Shown: positions 18,098 through 28,920, counted from the first letter of the stretch. The stretch is 64,000 nt of DNA from an uncultured bacterium (GCA_963701025.1 OY969557.1:570042-634041), one strand, 5' to 3'. Numbers and translations: made by a program. The notes: generated by a model not told the origin, from the sequence alone.

Positions 18098-18955
18098 ATG
18101 ACCAAAGACTCAAAAATACGGCCAAAAAAATCCTTGGGACAGCATTTCCTCAATTCGTCTCATGTGCTCGAGCAGATCATATCCGCCGCGGCCATCACCA
18201 AGGACGAGACTGTTCTGGAAATAGGTCCAGGAACGGGAATATTGACGGGAGCATTGCTCAAAGCCGACGCACATGTCATCGCCATTGAGAAAGACGATAG
18301 AGCATATGAGATGTTGAAGGAAAAATTCTCAAAAGAGATCTTCGACGGCAGATTAAGACTGACCCACGGAGATATCTTGAACCAAGATATCTTTAACACG
18401 AAGAATTATGCTATCGTCGCTAATATTCCGTACTACATAACCGGAGCAATATTGGAGAAATTCCTCGAGCATGAGCCCCGGCCGAACCGTATGGTCCTGC
18501 TCGTGCAGAGAGAAGTGGCTGAACGCATCGTGGCGCGGCCGCCTGACGGAACGGGACACGGAAAAGAGAGCGTTCTGTCCATTTCCGTGAAGGCCTTCGG
18601 CGATCCCAAGATCATCGCCAGAGTCTCACGCGGAGCTTTCACTCCTGTACCGACGGTCGACTCGGCAATTCTCGCCATTGAGAATATATCGGGCTCCAGT
18701 CTTGCGGGAAAAAACGCCTCTGCTATAGGACGATTCTTTGAGATTGTCCGAGCCGGATTCGCCCACAAGCGGAAGTTATTGATCAGGAATCTAGAGACCA
18801 TGGCTGACAGAGAAAAAGTGGCGGTTATTTGGAAAAAATTCGGTTTGGATGAGAAGGTCAGAGCCGAGGATATTTCCGTGCAGGATTGGCTGCGTATCGC
18901 CGAACATATCTCCCCAAATGCACACGGTCTTTCAAGCACGCACAATCTTTCATGA
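18098..18955 (+). CDS. rsmA: 16S rRNA (adenine1518/1519-N6)-dimethyltransferase
   Basis: GQHFL...VLEIGPGTGILT...NIPY are KsgA signature motifs. Confidence 0.85.
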   Translation: MTKDSKIRPKKSLGQHFLNSSHVLEQIISAAAITKDETVLEIGPGTGILTGALLKADAHVIAIEKDDRAYEMLKEKFSKEIFDGRLRLTHGDILNQDIFNTKNYAIVANIPYYITGAILEKFLEHEPRPNRMVLLVQREVAERIVARPPDGTGHGKESVLSISVKAFGDPKIIARVSRGAFTPVPTVDSAILAIENISGSSLAGKNASAIGRFFEIVRAGFAHKRKLLIRNLETMADREKVAVIWKKFGLDEKVRAEDISVQDWLRIAEHISPNAHGLSSTHNLS

Positions 18956-18967
18956 TATGATAATCGC

Positions 18968-19948
18968 ATGAATAGGGTAGTCATCTCGATCGGCATCGTC
19001 ATACTCGTCGGACTGATCATGTTCGGCGTCTTGGCGTATTTGAATCGCTCCCCGGCGCAGACACCGTCCCCTCCGACTACGAATGGATTCCAAACCTTCG
19101 ACCGCGGTGGAGTCAGTTCTTCCGCCGCTCAAAATACTGAAAACGCCGCACCGATACCATATGCCGTGACGCCAACCTCGACTCCCGTACAACCGCCGGC
19201 GCCCGTCTACCAGGTCCCAATCGTGACGACTCAACCGGCCACATTTTCTGCGCCATTTATCCAGTATGTCCAGCCAAGTCCTGTCATAAGCCAACCGGTC
19301 ATCGTAGAGCAAACCCAACCGGAAGTTTCGCCGCCGCCTGTTCCGGAGCCACAGCCGATACAGGCACCGGTCGCGGCATCGACTTCCCCTTTGCCAAATC
19401 TCGCGGCCTACATTCCCTATAACGGACCGGCCTCGCCTCCACCCAAAACTGTAAGCTCGGGCGGAGGGGGCGGAGGGGGAAGCGACATCACTTCGATCCT
19501 GATAGACTTGGGAATAGGAGTCCTTGCGTATCTTGTGGCGGGACCGATCGGTGCCATTCTGGTCGGATCTCTGGCTGGTGGAATAACTTCGCTGTTCGGA
19601 GGTGGCGGAGGCGGGGGCGGGGGCGGCGGTTTGGGAGCATTGTTCGGTGGAAGCGGGAGCGGGGCAACGGGTAATTTTGGAGGCAAAATAACCAATGTCA
19701 CATATTGCACATGCAGCGTGTCTCTGATGCTAGACATAGACGATGTCAGGGGCCAATCTATTTCGCTCATATTCAGCCCGGGATCAAGCGACCTCTATGC
19801 CGACTACAACGTGTTCGAGTCCGGACCTGAAGTTCTGGGCACATACAGCCAAGGCGGGGGGCAATGCCAGGTATATAGCGGTGAGAGTTGCAATTCCCAA
19901 GGTTCGCCTCAAGGCACGATAAAGATGATCGGGACTTCGGAATATTAG
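18968..19948 (+). CDS. Hypothetical membrane protein (Pro-rich, poly-Gly runs)
   Basis: N-terminal TM segment, a P/Q/V-rich linker, G7-G11 runs flanking a second hydrophobic segment, and a Cys-containing C-terminal domain. Confidence 0.5.
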   Translation: MNRVVISIGIVILVGLIMFGVLAYLNRSPAQTPSPPTTNGFQTFDRGGVSSSAAQNTENAAPIPYAVTPTSTPVQPPAPVYQVPIVTTQPATFSAPFIQYVQPSPVISQPVIVEQTQPEVSPPPVPEPQPIQAPVAASTSPLPNLAAYIPYNGPASPPPKTVSSGGGGGGGSDITSILIDLGIGVLAYLVAGPIGAILVGSLAGGITSLFGGGGGGGGGGGLGALFGGSGSGATGNFGGKITNVTYCTCSVSLMLDIDDVRGQSISLIFSPGSSDLYADYNVFESGPEVLGTYSQGGGQCQVYSGESCNSQGSPQGTIKMIGTSEY

Positions 19949-20002
19949 CGCGCGTCTTGTTGATAACATAGCCGCCGAGAAAAGGCCTATAAATGCTACA
20001 AT

Positions 20003-20884
20003 ATGGCCAGCATGCCATACCCCGGTAGATCAACGGTGATCATCTTCGTAGCCTGCGCCGTGGCGGTCGGCGGGGCGGCTCTCTATGCCTATGGTGGATC
20101 AGGTAGCGGGCAATCAGCTCAGCAAAATCGTAACCAGATAGCGCTATCCGGCAATAATAATTCAATGTTGAACGCGACGGGAACCGCTGACGAGAGCTGG
20201 CGAGCCCAATTCCCGTACGCGACGACGAGCCAATACGCGGGTAAGCCTACCGCGAACGCGCCGACCGGACCGACCACCGTGACCGAAGCTCTCGGCATGG
20301 ATTTCCTGTCGCGTTTCGCCGATCTCAAACAAGCCAATCTTCTCAATAATACCGACATCGTCAACCAGACCGTCGACAACATGCTCTCGACCGATCTCAA
20401 CCCGGCCAAACCAAAGACTTACTCCGAGAGCGACCTTATCGTGGCGATGTCGACCAATACCACAAGCCTGGGAGCTTTCAGTGATGCGTTGGCGAACCTC
20501 ATTGATTCGTACGCGGCCACTACGAGCGAGGTCGAGATATTACAGGTATTCACCACGAATAATGATCCTTCGATCCTCTATGAGCTTCGGCCTATCATAG
20601 CCGAGCAGAAGAGAATTATAGCCGGAATATTGGCCATACCGGTGCCACAGACGCTTGTCAATGACGATGTCAACCTCTTGAACGGCATGAGCACGCTAGA
20701 GGCGGCGAGCGAATCACTGTATGCGGCTGACACGGATGCGGTCAGGGGCCTTGTGGGGTCCAGTCTGCACGCCGACGGGGCGCAAGCGGTGTCGGACGCC
20801 TTGTCGGCCATATATCAAGCGTTGGAATCGAGCGGCGTGCAATTCGGGCTCCATTGGGAAATACTCAATCCTTTGCTAAACTAA
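20003..20884 (+). CDS. Hypothetical membrane-anchored protein
   Basis: 293 aa with an N-terminal TM helix. Confidence 0.5.
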   Translation: MASMPYPGRSTVIIFVACAVAVGGAALYAYGGSGSGQSAQQNRNQIALSGNNNSMLNATGTADESWRAQFPYATTSQYAGKPTANAPTGPTTVTEALGMDFLSRFADLKQANLLNNTDIVNQTVDNMLSTDLNPAKPKTYSESDLIVAMSTNTTSLGAFSDALANLIDSYAATTSEVEILQVFTTNNDPSILYELRPIIAEQKRIIAGILAIPVPQTLVNDDVNLLNGMSTLEAASESLYAADTDAVRGLVGSSLHADGAQAVSDALSAIYQALESSGVQFGLHWEILNPLLN

Positions 20885-22665
20885 TGGGTAACATGGCCAC
20901 TAATCGGAAAAACTCGAGCGGAGCGGCAAACAGATGGCCGGCGATTTTGGTCGTTGCGTTTACCCTGTTGGTTGGCGCTCTATTTGGACCTTCCGTGGCT
21001 CACGCACAGCTCGGCAGTCTGACCTGTTCTTCGGCTTTGTTCGGTTCCGTCGGCAGTGCGTTAAGCAGTAATGTTCCGGTGGCGGACAGCCAGGTGCGAA
21101 GCAATACTACGGCCGTGAAGAATATCGACTGCACATGGAAAGGTATAGCCTGGCAGTTAGCTCATACCGTCTTGCACTCGCTCACAGGCAGTGTGGTCAA
21201 CTGGATCAACAGCGGCTTCCAAGGCAGTCCCGCATTCCTGACTAACCCGGAAGGATATTTCGCCAATCTCGGCGATCAGCTGACCGGGGCCTTCATATCA
21301 GACACGGGCATATTGGCCGGATTGTGCTCGCCTTTCAATATCGATATCCGTTTGGCGCTGGCCCTCGGCCAAGGAGGGCAGACCAATCCATACACCTGTA
21401 CCTTGGGCTCAATCATCAATAACGTCCAAAATTCTACTATAAACGGCATGAGTATCGGCGGATTCATGGGCGGAGACTTTTCGCAAGGCGGCTGGCCAGC
21501 ATTCATCGCCTTGGCCGAGCCGCAGAATAACGAGGCCGGCGCGTATCTCCAAGCCCACAGTGATCTTCTTGCGCGGATCGGCGCAAAGCAGGGCCAAGTC
21601 CAACAACAGCTCCTGCAGGGCAACGGATTCCTGTCATGGCAAAGTTGTAATGACATCACCTCCAGCATAGCCGGTGGCGGTTCGGTCACGCCCCAATACA
21701 TAAACCAAACGCTCGGCTTGAGCAACGCTCAATATGCCACTTTACAGAAGAACGTCGTCGGAACATATAACACCGGGAATGGAACCAGTATTCAGCAGAC
21801 CGCGGACGCAACAGGGGAACACTATTCCCAGTGCACTACGGAGACCCCGGGTTCGATCATCAACAGCTCGCTCGCCAAGACTCTGGGCGCATCGGCCGAC
21901 GAGCTCAATCTGACGAACGACATAAATCAGATCGTCTCGGCATTATTCTCCCAGCTCCTGTCTAAGACATTGCAGGGCGGATTGTTCTCGGCCAGCCACT
22001 CATCGTCGTCTGGTTCCAACCTCGGATCTTTGACCCAACAACTCATAAACGACCAACAAGCGCAGACCAATTCATCGGCTTTGCAGGGACAAGCGGCCGG
22101 TGAGGTCCAGTCCGGTGCCGCTGGAGCACAGCAGGCCGTGGCATACCGCACCCAGATATTGACGGCCATAACCGCCGAGCAGGTTTTGTACCAGACGACG
22201 CGCGCATGTATATACAATGAACTGAATGTGGCAACATCGAGTGCGGCCTCCAACGGACAAGGAGGATCTAACGGACAAGGAAGATTTTTCAACGGCTTGA
22301 CGAACCTCTTCAGCCCCCGGCTTTCAACGTCTTACCTGCAAAGCCAATTGTCTTCCATAGACACGGCCATAGCCGGCATAAACCATCAGATATCGGATGC
22401 GGCGACGAACCTGCAGACGGCGTCGAGCTCCGTTGCCTTATACCAGAGCATAGCCGATCAGATCCAGAACGCGCCGTCGCTCTCCTCGGCCACAGACTTG
22501 AGCAACCAGTATTCGGCGCAACTATCAACCGTTCCGTATAATGCCGCCGCAGACCCTGGAGCGGCCTACTCGGATCTCAATTCCACCATCGGCGGTATCG
22601 CGACTCTGGAGACCGCCCGCACGCCGTATCAGGCGACATGCAATGGCCAGCAATCAGGTAACTAG
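20884..22665 (+). CDS. Hypothetical secreted protein
   Basis: ATG overlaps the previous stop (TAATG). Signal peptide ...LLVGALFGPSVAHAQ. S/Q/N/A-rich mature protein. The track's 20854 start lies inside the previous gene. Confidence 0.5.
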   Translation: MGNMATNRKNSSGAANRWPAILVVAFTLLVGALFGPSVAHAQLGSLTCSSALFGSVGSALSSNVPVADSQVRSNTTAVKNIDCTWKGIAWQLAHTVLHSLTGSVVNWINSGFQGSPAFLTNPEGYFANLGDQLTGAFISDTGILAGLCSPFNIDIRLALALGQGGQTNPYTCTLGSIINNVQNSTINGMSIGGFMGGDFSQGGWPAFIALAEPQNNEAGAYLQAHSDLLARIGAKQGQVQQQLLQGNGFLSWQSCNDITSSIAGGGSVTPQYINQTLGLSNAQYATLQKNVVGTYNTGNGTSIQQTADATGEHYSQCTTETPGSIINSSLAKTLGASADELNLTNDINQIVSALFSQLLSKTLQGGLFSASHSSSSGSNLGSLTQQLINDQQAQTNSSALQGQAAGEVQSGAAGAQQAVAYRTQILTAITAEQVLYQTTRACIYNELNVATSSAASNGQGGSNGQGRFFNGLTNLFSPRLSTSYLQSQLSSIDTAIAGINHQISDAATNLQTASSSVALYQSIADQIQNAPSLSSATDLSNQYSAQLSTVPYNAAADPGAAYSDLNSTIGGIATLETARTPYQATCNGQQSGN

Positions 22666-22677
22666 CTATAACGAACC

Positions 22678-24552
22678 ATGCGTAAGAAATCTTACATCAT
22701 CACCGCGTGCGCCGTCCTCATCCTCATCGGCATGACATTTTCCGCGCCGACGGCGCATGCGCAGGTAATGGACGTATTGAAAGTGTTCGGTCTCAGCTTT
22801 GCGGACTTTGTCGCGGAAATCTTTGCTTCGATCGCGACTATGGCACTTTATATCATGTCATGGTGGGTTTCTATCACCGGCGCTCTGCTGAATGTCTCCA
22901 TCACATTGACTCTTCATATTAAAGATTTCGTCAACAGCACGAGTGGAGTCTACATAGTCTGGCAAACGATACGCGACATCTCCGGTTTGTTCATCATCTT
23001 CATGCTCTTGTACGCATCATTCAAGATCATTCTTGGCTTTGATACCGCAGGCGGAGTAGGGAACCTCATCAAAAATATCGTCATCGCAGGCATCCTCATC
23101 AACTTTAGCTTCTTCATCACTAGTCTCCTCATCGACGCGTCGAATATCGTTTCGCTCGCCCTATACAACGGCATTGTCGGCAGTCCGACAGCAACGACGG
23201 GTACGCAGACAGCCAATTGTCCGCAGACGACTGCGGGTGATTTGAGCACATGCGCCATCGCGGCAAATACGTTGGCAAGCAATAATACCGGCAATCTGGG
23301 AAGCATATTCATGGACAAGCTTAAGCCCCAAGACATATATAATCCGGCGAATACCCAGCTTGCGAGCCATGACCAAGGCCAAGGAACTAGTCCAGCGCCT
23401 CTGCAGATATTGATCCAAGGCGTGGTCGGATGCATCATTATGTTCACTGTGGGCATGAGCTTTCTTCTGGCATCACTCGCTTTCGTGGCTCGTCTGGCTA
23501 TACTCATAGTTTTGCTGGCTTTTTCACCCATCTGGTTCGCGGCAATGATCTTTCCCATACTTGAGGAAAAGAAAAAACATTTCACCGACCAGCTCTATGC
23601 CCAGCTGATCTTCATGCCGGTCTATCTGCTCCTCCTCTATGCCGCCATGACCGTGATCAAATACACCACCGTCTTCACCTCTCCAGGAACGGTATTTTCC
23701 GGCTCGGGAACGCCTTCTCTGATCCCGACAAATCTCATCGTTCTGGCCATTAATGATTTCTTCATCCTATTCCTGCTCAATATGCCGTTGGTTGTCGCCT
23801 TCGGCTTCGGAGGACACGCGACGGATTTCCTCGCGGGCGGAGTCAAGAAGTTCGGCGCGGCGAATGTGTGGAAGAATTTCGGTAGCCAGGCTGGGAGTCG
23901 TACGGTTGGACGTGTTGCTTATTCCCTCAATGAGAGTAATGCACTGAAGAGATTGGCCGGGGCTTCTCCCATCCTCGGCGGTCTTGCTTCCAAAGGTCTA
24001 TCGAATATAAGCTCGGCTGGCTTCGGCGTGAAGAAGGGGGGATATGAAGACCGGCTCAAAGCAAAGAAAAAGGCTCAGGACGAGTTGCACGAGAGAATTG
24101 GTGAACTTGACAGGAGTAATTATGCCACGGAAGCAGAGTTCCAGAAAGCACAGGAAAGGGCAAGGACCTACCAGGAGAAATATCGGGCAAATCTTCCTTG
24201 GAAGAGCAGTATCATGGGATTCATGTTGGATAACAGAGCAAATAAGCAGAGCCAGCGCAGTATGACTGAAGAAGCTGATGTGGAAAAGAACCAGACCAAA
24301 TTGGCTGAACTTATGAGCTCAGACGAGTATGTGAATTTGCAGAGAAGAATGAAACTGGCTCCTACTGATGAGGAAAAGGTGGCATTCGAGAAACTAAAGG
24401 GTATAGAAAATGAACTGAACGCCGTTATCAAACGTGGATCAAAAGGAAAGGGAAAGAAGGATCTAGCCGGTGTTATAAAACGCCTCGCCGAAGAAGCAAA
24501 GAAATCCGGCGGCAGTGAGGAAGGACCAAAAGAAGAACCCAAGACACCATAA
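22678..24552 (+). CDS. VirB6/TrbL-like polytopic membrane protein (T4SS-like)
   Basis: Signal peptide, then at least 6 TM helices with a large extracytoplasmic loop and a charged K/E-rich C-terminal tail. It sits with the PrgI and VirB4 homologues. Confidence 0.5.
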   Translation: MRKKSYIITACAVLILIGMTFSAPTAHAQVMDVLKVFGLSFADFVAEIFASIATMALYIMSWWVSITGALLNVSITLTLHIKDFVNSTSGVYIVWQTIRDISGLFIIFMLLYASFKIILGFDTAGGVGNLIKNIVIAGILINFSFFITSLLIDASNIVSLALYNGIVGSPTATTGTQTANCPQTTAGDLSTCAIAANTLASNNTGNLGSIFMDKLKPQDIYNPANTQLASHDQGQGTSPAPLQILIQGVVGCIIMFTVGMSFLLASLAFVARLAILIVLLAFSPIWFAAMIFPILEEKKKHFTDQLYAQLIFMPVYLLLLYAAMTVIKYTTVFTSPGTVFSGSGTPSLIPTNLIVLAINDFFILFLLNMPLVVAFGFGGHATDFLAGGVKKFGAANVWKNFGSQAGSRTVGRVAYSLNESNALKRLAGASPILGGLASKGLSNISSAGFGVKKGGYEDRLKAKKKAQDELHERIGELDRSNYATEAEFQKAQERARTYQEKYRANLPWKSSIMGFMLDNRANKQSQRSMTEEADVEKNQTKLAELMSSDEYVNLQRRMKLAPTDEEKVAFEKLKGIENELNAVIKRGSKGKGKKDLAGVIKRLAEEAKKSGGSEEGPKEEPKTP

Positions 24553-24557
24553 CGACA

Positions 24558-25277
24558 ATGAAACAATTCACCACTGAACAGCTTCAAGACCACTTCGCGA
24601 AACTGCCGAAAGACCTGCAGGAAGCGGTCTCTTCTGCCGAAGTCCGCGATTCGGTCGAGAAAATAGGCAAGAAATACGGCCTCCACATAGACCAGCTGGG
24701 AGAGATGGTGGACTTGGTCGGCCTGATCATGCTCGGACTTTCCCCTTCGAAAGATTTCGTCAGGAATTTCTCGCAGGAAGCGGGGGTGAAGACGGACATC
24801 GCCACGTCGATCGCGGAAGACATCAACAACGAGGTCTTCGGCAAGATACGATCTTCCATGCAGGCCATTGAGGCGAAAGACGAAGCCGTCGAAGCGCAAA
24901 AGACAAAAGCCGAACAGAGCATAACTGACCTGGAGCGCATCGGCGGTTTCAGCATAGAGCCGTCAACAGGTCAGGATGGGGACGGGACGGCGCCGGCTAA
25001 CTTGCCGGGAGCGGAAGAAGTCGATGAAAGCCCGGATGAATTGATAGCCGGAATCGAGAACCCGCCGCCTATAAAGACTTCAAACTCCTCATTTGTACGT
25101 CCTTCGAGTCCTGTGCCGGAAGAGAACCATACGGACATAATTGTCGATCATCTGCTCACGGGTCCTGTGGCCGCGGGCGAACAGAAAACGATACAAATAC
25201 CTGAACCAGCGAAGAGCGCGCCTATCGAGCCGAAAAAGCCCGTCGGACCTGATCCCTACAAGGAGCCGATCAATTGA
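24558..25277 (+). CDS. Hypothetical protein
   Basis: 239 aa with an acidic, Pro-rich C-terminus. Confidence 0.45.
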   Translation: MKQFTTEQLQDHFAKLPKDLQEAVSSAEVRDSVEKIGKKYGLHIDQLGEMVDLVGLIMLGLSPSKDFVRNFSQEAGVKTDIATSIAEDINNEVFGKIRSSMQAIEAKDEAVEAQKTKAEQSITDLERIGGFSIEPSTGQDGDGTAPANLPGAEEVDESPDELIAGIENPPPIKTSNSSFVRPSSPVPEENHTDIIVDHLLTGPVAAGEQKTIQIPEPAKSAPIEPKKPVGPDPYKEPIN

Positions 25278-25303
25278 AATTGAAAGTGTGTTATAGTGTC
25301 CGC

Positions 25304-25600
25304 ATGAATACTGTCGAGGAGATTGCCGTGACCGCTAAGCCCGTATTGCAAAAGTATGGCGTGAAATCTGCTGGAATTTTCGGGTCACGCGCCCGTGGCG
25401 AATCCCGACCGGACAGCGATATTGACATACTCGTTTCATTCGGTGAAAAACCTATCTCGTTGTGGGATATGGTCGCCCTCAAAGATGAATTGTCACGACT
25501 GCTTCACGGGGTCGTAGATCTTATTTCCGACAAGGCTATAGTGCCGTATTTTAAAGATTATATCTATCATGACCTCAAACCAATCTATCCTCAAGGATAA
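25304..25600 (+). CDS. mntA: MNT-type nucleotidyltransferase (antitoxin of a HepT/MNT pair)
   Basis: GIFGSRARGESRPDSDIDILVSF is the minimal nucleotidyltransferase motif. The track's start at 25274 is an alternative. Confidence 0.75.
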   Translation: MNTVEEIAVTAKPVLQKYGVKSAGIFGSRARGESRPDSDIDILVSFGEKPISLWDMVALKDELSRLLHGVVDLISDKAIVPYFKDYIYHDLKPIYPQG

Positions 25601-25919
25601 GAGCGCGTATCTTCGCCTAATGCTCGACTCATTCGGCAAAATACGTGCGTACACAGCGGGGATGTCTTACGCTAACTTTATCGATGACGGAAAGACTCAA
25701 AGCGCTGTCATCATGCAACTGCAAGTCGTTGGCGAATTGGCAAAATCAGTGCCGGATGACGTCAAAACTTCGATTGACGTGCCTTGGAAGAACATAGCCG
25801 GATTGCGGGATCTCATAGCTCATCAGTATTTCAATTTGGACCTGGCCATGGTGTGGCACACGACGCAAGAAAGCATCCTGGACGTCGAGAAGAAAATACA
25901 AGAGTATCTCAACGTATGA
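25569..25919 (+). CDS. hepT: HepT-like (DUF86) HEPN RNase toxin
   Basis: GLRDLIAHQYFNLD is the Rx4HxY HEPN motif. Overlaps the MNT gene by 32 nt, as is typical for this TA pair. Confidence 0.75.
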   Translation: MTSNQSILKDKSAYLRLMLDSFGKIRAYTAGMSYANFIDDGKTQSAVIMQLQVVGELAKSVPDDVKTSIDVPWKNIAGLRDLIAHQYFNLDLAMVWHTTQESILDVEKKIQEYLNV

Positions 25920-25950
25920 AGGATGCCCAGGTTAAGGTATAATTAACCCA

Positions 25951-26385
25951 ATGCGCTTCCAAGTTCCCCAATTCATCGAGGTTGAGGACAAGATCTTCGG
26001 GCCGCTCACCTTGAAGCAGTTCATCTACATGGCCGGTGGGGGCGGATTGGCTTTCCTCATATACGTATTCGTCAACAATCTCCTAGTATCCATCATTCCC
26101 ATACTGGTCGTATTGGCCATATCAGCCGTTCTGGCTTTTTACAAGGTCAACAATCGCCCGTTCATCAACGTCATGGAATCGGCCTTCAAGTATTTCCTCG
26201 GCGGCAAGCTCTACATGTGGAAGAAAGAGGAAAAGCCGAGGCCGAAAGACGCCGAGTCTGCTCTCAAGGACGCGAAGAATTACGCTTCTGTCATGGTGCC
26301 AAAGATCGCCGACAGCAAGCTCAAGGACCTGGCGTGGAGTCTGGATATCAAAGAGAGCATATACTCGAATAAAAATCAAAAATGA
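25951..26385 (+). CDS. PrgI-family (VirB3-like) T4SS membrane protein
   Basis: MRFQVPQFIEVEDKIFGPLTLKQFIYMAGGG is the PrgI family N-terminal signature, followed by two TM helices. Confidence 0.65.
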   Translation: MRFQVPQFIEVEDKIFGPLTLKQFIYMAGGGGLAFLIYVFVNNLLVSIIPILVVLAISAVLAFYKVNNRPFINVMESAFKYFLGGKLYMWKKEEKPRPKDAESALKDAKNYASVMVPKIADSKLKDLAWSLDIKESIYSNKNQK

Positions 26386-26408
26386 AAAAGTAAAATGTAA
26401 AATTTTCA

Positions 26409-28913
26409 ATGGCCACCAAACAATCTACAACCCAGGACTTCATCCCAATCCAGGAGATCCGCGACGGCATCGTCATCCTGAAATCCGGCGGCATGCGCTC
26501 GATCATCCTCTGCACTTCTCTCAATTTCGCCCTGAAGTCGGCAGACGAGCAGAGCTCCATCCTGATGCAGTTCCAGAACTTCCTGAACTCGCTCGATTTT
26601 TCCATACAGATATTCGCCCAGTCCAAGAAGCTGGACATCCGTCCGTACATCGCCCTCCTGGAAGACCGCTACAAGGAGCAGACAACCGAGCTCATGAAGA
26701 TACAGGTGCGCGAATACATAGAATTCATCAAATCGTTCGTGGAATCGACCAGCATCATGTCCAAGAGCTTCTTCGTGGTCGTGCCGTATGATCCGGCTAT
26801 CATGAGCGCCAGCAAGAATCCCCTGATCGAACGCCTTGCCTGGCAGGAAGAACAAGAAGGCTCTCCTGCGGCCAAGGCTTCCGCCGACCAGAGCTTCGCC
26901 GAATACCGGAGCCAGCTGGAACAGCGCGTGGCCGTGGTGGAGCAGGGACTGGTGCGTTGCGGCATCACGCGCGGCAGAGCTGGGCACGGAAGAGGTGGTC
27001 GAACTTTTCTACAAGCTCTTCAACCCGGGCGAAACGGAAAAGCCGATACAGATAACGTGAAGATAGGAGTTGGGAGCTAGAAGTTAGGAGAAAAAACATG
27101 TCATTCATCAGCAATATATTCAAGAAAAAAGAGGCTTCGCCAATAGTCTCCATCCTGCCGGAAGAGATATATCAGGCCGGCGTCCTGGAACTGAAGGATG
27201 TCATAGCTCCGTCGGCCCTCAAAGTCAGCCCGAAGGAGCTCAACTTGGGCGAGAAGGTCGGCCGTACTCTTTTCGTCATCTCCTATCCGCGCTTCCTGGA
27301 CGAGAGCTGGTTCGCGCCCATCATCAACCTGGACAAGGTCTTCAACATCTCCATATTCATCCATCCCGTGGACACGGCCAAGATTCTGCGCCATTTCCAG
27401 AAGAAAGTCGCCGAAGTCCAGAGCCAGATCTCCAGGAGGGAAGAGAAGGGCTTGGTGCGCGATCCCGCCCTGGACACGGCCTATCAGGACCTGGAACAGC
27501 TGCGCGACCAGCTGATGCAGGCCCAGGAGCACCTCTTCGACGTCGGCGTCTATATCACCATATTCGCCGACAACGAGAACGAGCTCGACAAGCTGGAGTC
27601 CGAGATCAAGTCCATCCTGGAGTCCAAGCTCGTCTATCGTGAAGCCGGCTCTGTTCCAGCAGGAGCAGGGATTCAAGAGCGTCATCCCCATCGCCGACGA
27701 CCAGCTCTACGGTCCATTCCAAGCTCAATTCCTCGCCGCTCTCCAGCGTCTTTCCATTCGTGTCCTTCGACCTCACCTCCAGACAAAGGCATCCTCTACG
27801 GCATCAATCGCCACAACTCGTCATTGGTCCTGTTCGACCGCTATTCTCTGGAGAACTACAATTCCGTGACATTCGCCACGGCCGGCGCCGGAAAATCATA
27901 TTGCACCAAGTTGGAGATATTGCGCACGCTCATGTTCGACGTCGACGTCATCGTCATCGACCCTGAAAAAGAATACGAGTACATGGCCGAAGCCACCGGC
28001 GGCAAATATTTCAATATATCCCTCAATTCCGAGCATCACATCAATCCGTTCGACCTGCCGATCGCCCGCGAAGATGAGTCGAGTGCCGACGTCCTGCGCT
28101 CGAATATCATCAACCTGGTCGGCCTGTTCCGCATCATGCTCGGCGGCCTGTCGCAGGAGGAAGACGCCATCATAGACCGCGCCATCACCGAGACCTACGC
28201 CTTGAAAGACATCACTCCCGACTCTAATTTCAAGGACGTCGAGCCGCCGCTCCTGTCAGACTTCGAGCTCGTCCTGGCCGGCATGGAGGGAGCCGATTCG
28301 CTCGTCCAACGCCTGTCGAAATACACCAAAGGCACTTGGGCCGGCTTCATCAACCGCCCGTCGAACGTCGACATCAACAAGAAATTCATCGTCTTCTCCC
28401 TGCGCGACATGGAAGACGAGCTCAAGCCGGTGGCCATGTATCATGGTCACGCACTATATCTGGAACGCCATCAGCAAGGAGCTGAAGAAGCGCCTCCTGG
28501 TCATAGACGAGGCCTGGTGGATGATGAAGTCGGAGGATACCGCCTCATTCCTGTTCGGTCTGGCCAAGCGCGGCCGCAAATACTTCCTCGGCCTGGCCAC
28601 CATCACCCAGGACGTGGACGACTTCCTCAAATCGCCCTACGGCATGCCCATCGTCACGAACTCATCCATCCAGATCCTTCTGAAGCAGTCGCCGACCATC
28701 ATCGATCATATCCAGCAGACATTCAATCTGACCGATGAGGAGAAATATCTCCTGCTCGAGTCCGACGTCGGCGAAGGCATATTCTTCGTGGGGCTCAAGC
28801 ACGTGGCCATCAAGATCGTCGCCTCGTATACCGAGGACCAGATCATCACCACCAATCCCCAGCAGGTCATCGCCATCAGGGACGCAAAGCGGCAGTTGGA
28901 GCAGGCGGGGTAG
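26409..28913 (+). pseudogene. VirB4/TrbE-like T4SS ATPase, disrupted by at least six frameshifts or stops
   Basis: CagE_TrbE_VirB-like N-terminus (DFIPIQEIRDGIVILKSGGMRSI...ADEQ). Frame change near 26965. Stop at 27060. Restart at 27098 (PRFLDESWFAPIINLD). Three successive +1 shifts between 27650 and 27790; only the composite reading gives ...ALFQQEQGFKSVIPIADDQLYG.., SFPFVSFDLTS and KGILYGINRHNSSLVLFDRYSLENYNSVTFATAGAGKSY (Walker A), and the frame-0 read there is P/R/S-rich with A/T-ending codons. One more shift near 28440 precedes the intact C-terminal region (DEAWWMM...ITQDVDDF...). Confidence 0.7.
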
Positions 28914-28920
28914 AGAGAAG

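Noticed and set aside
19440-19640. G-runs (GGGGGCGGGGGCGGCGG and similar) as G-quadruplex elements
   Set aside because: They encode poly-Gly tracts within a well-supported ORF; no need to invoke a DNA structure.
27639-27966. Track ORFs 27639..27869 and 27760..27966, and 26836..27060 and 28443..28913, as independent genes
   Set aside because: Each continues the VirB4 sequence in a shifted frame. They are pieces of one disrupted gene, not separate genes.
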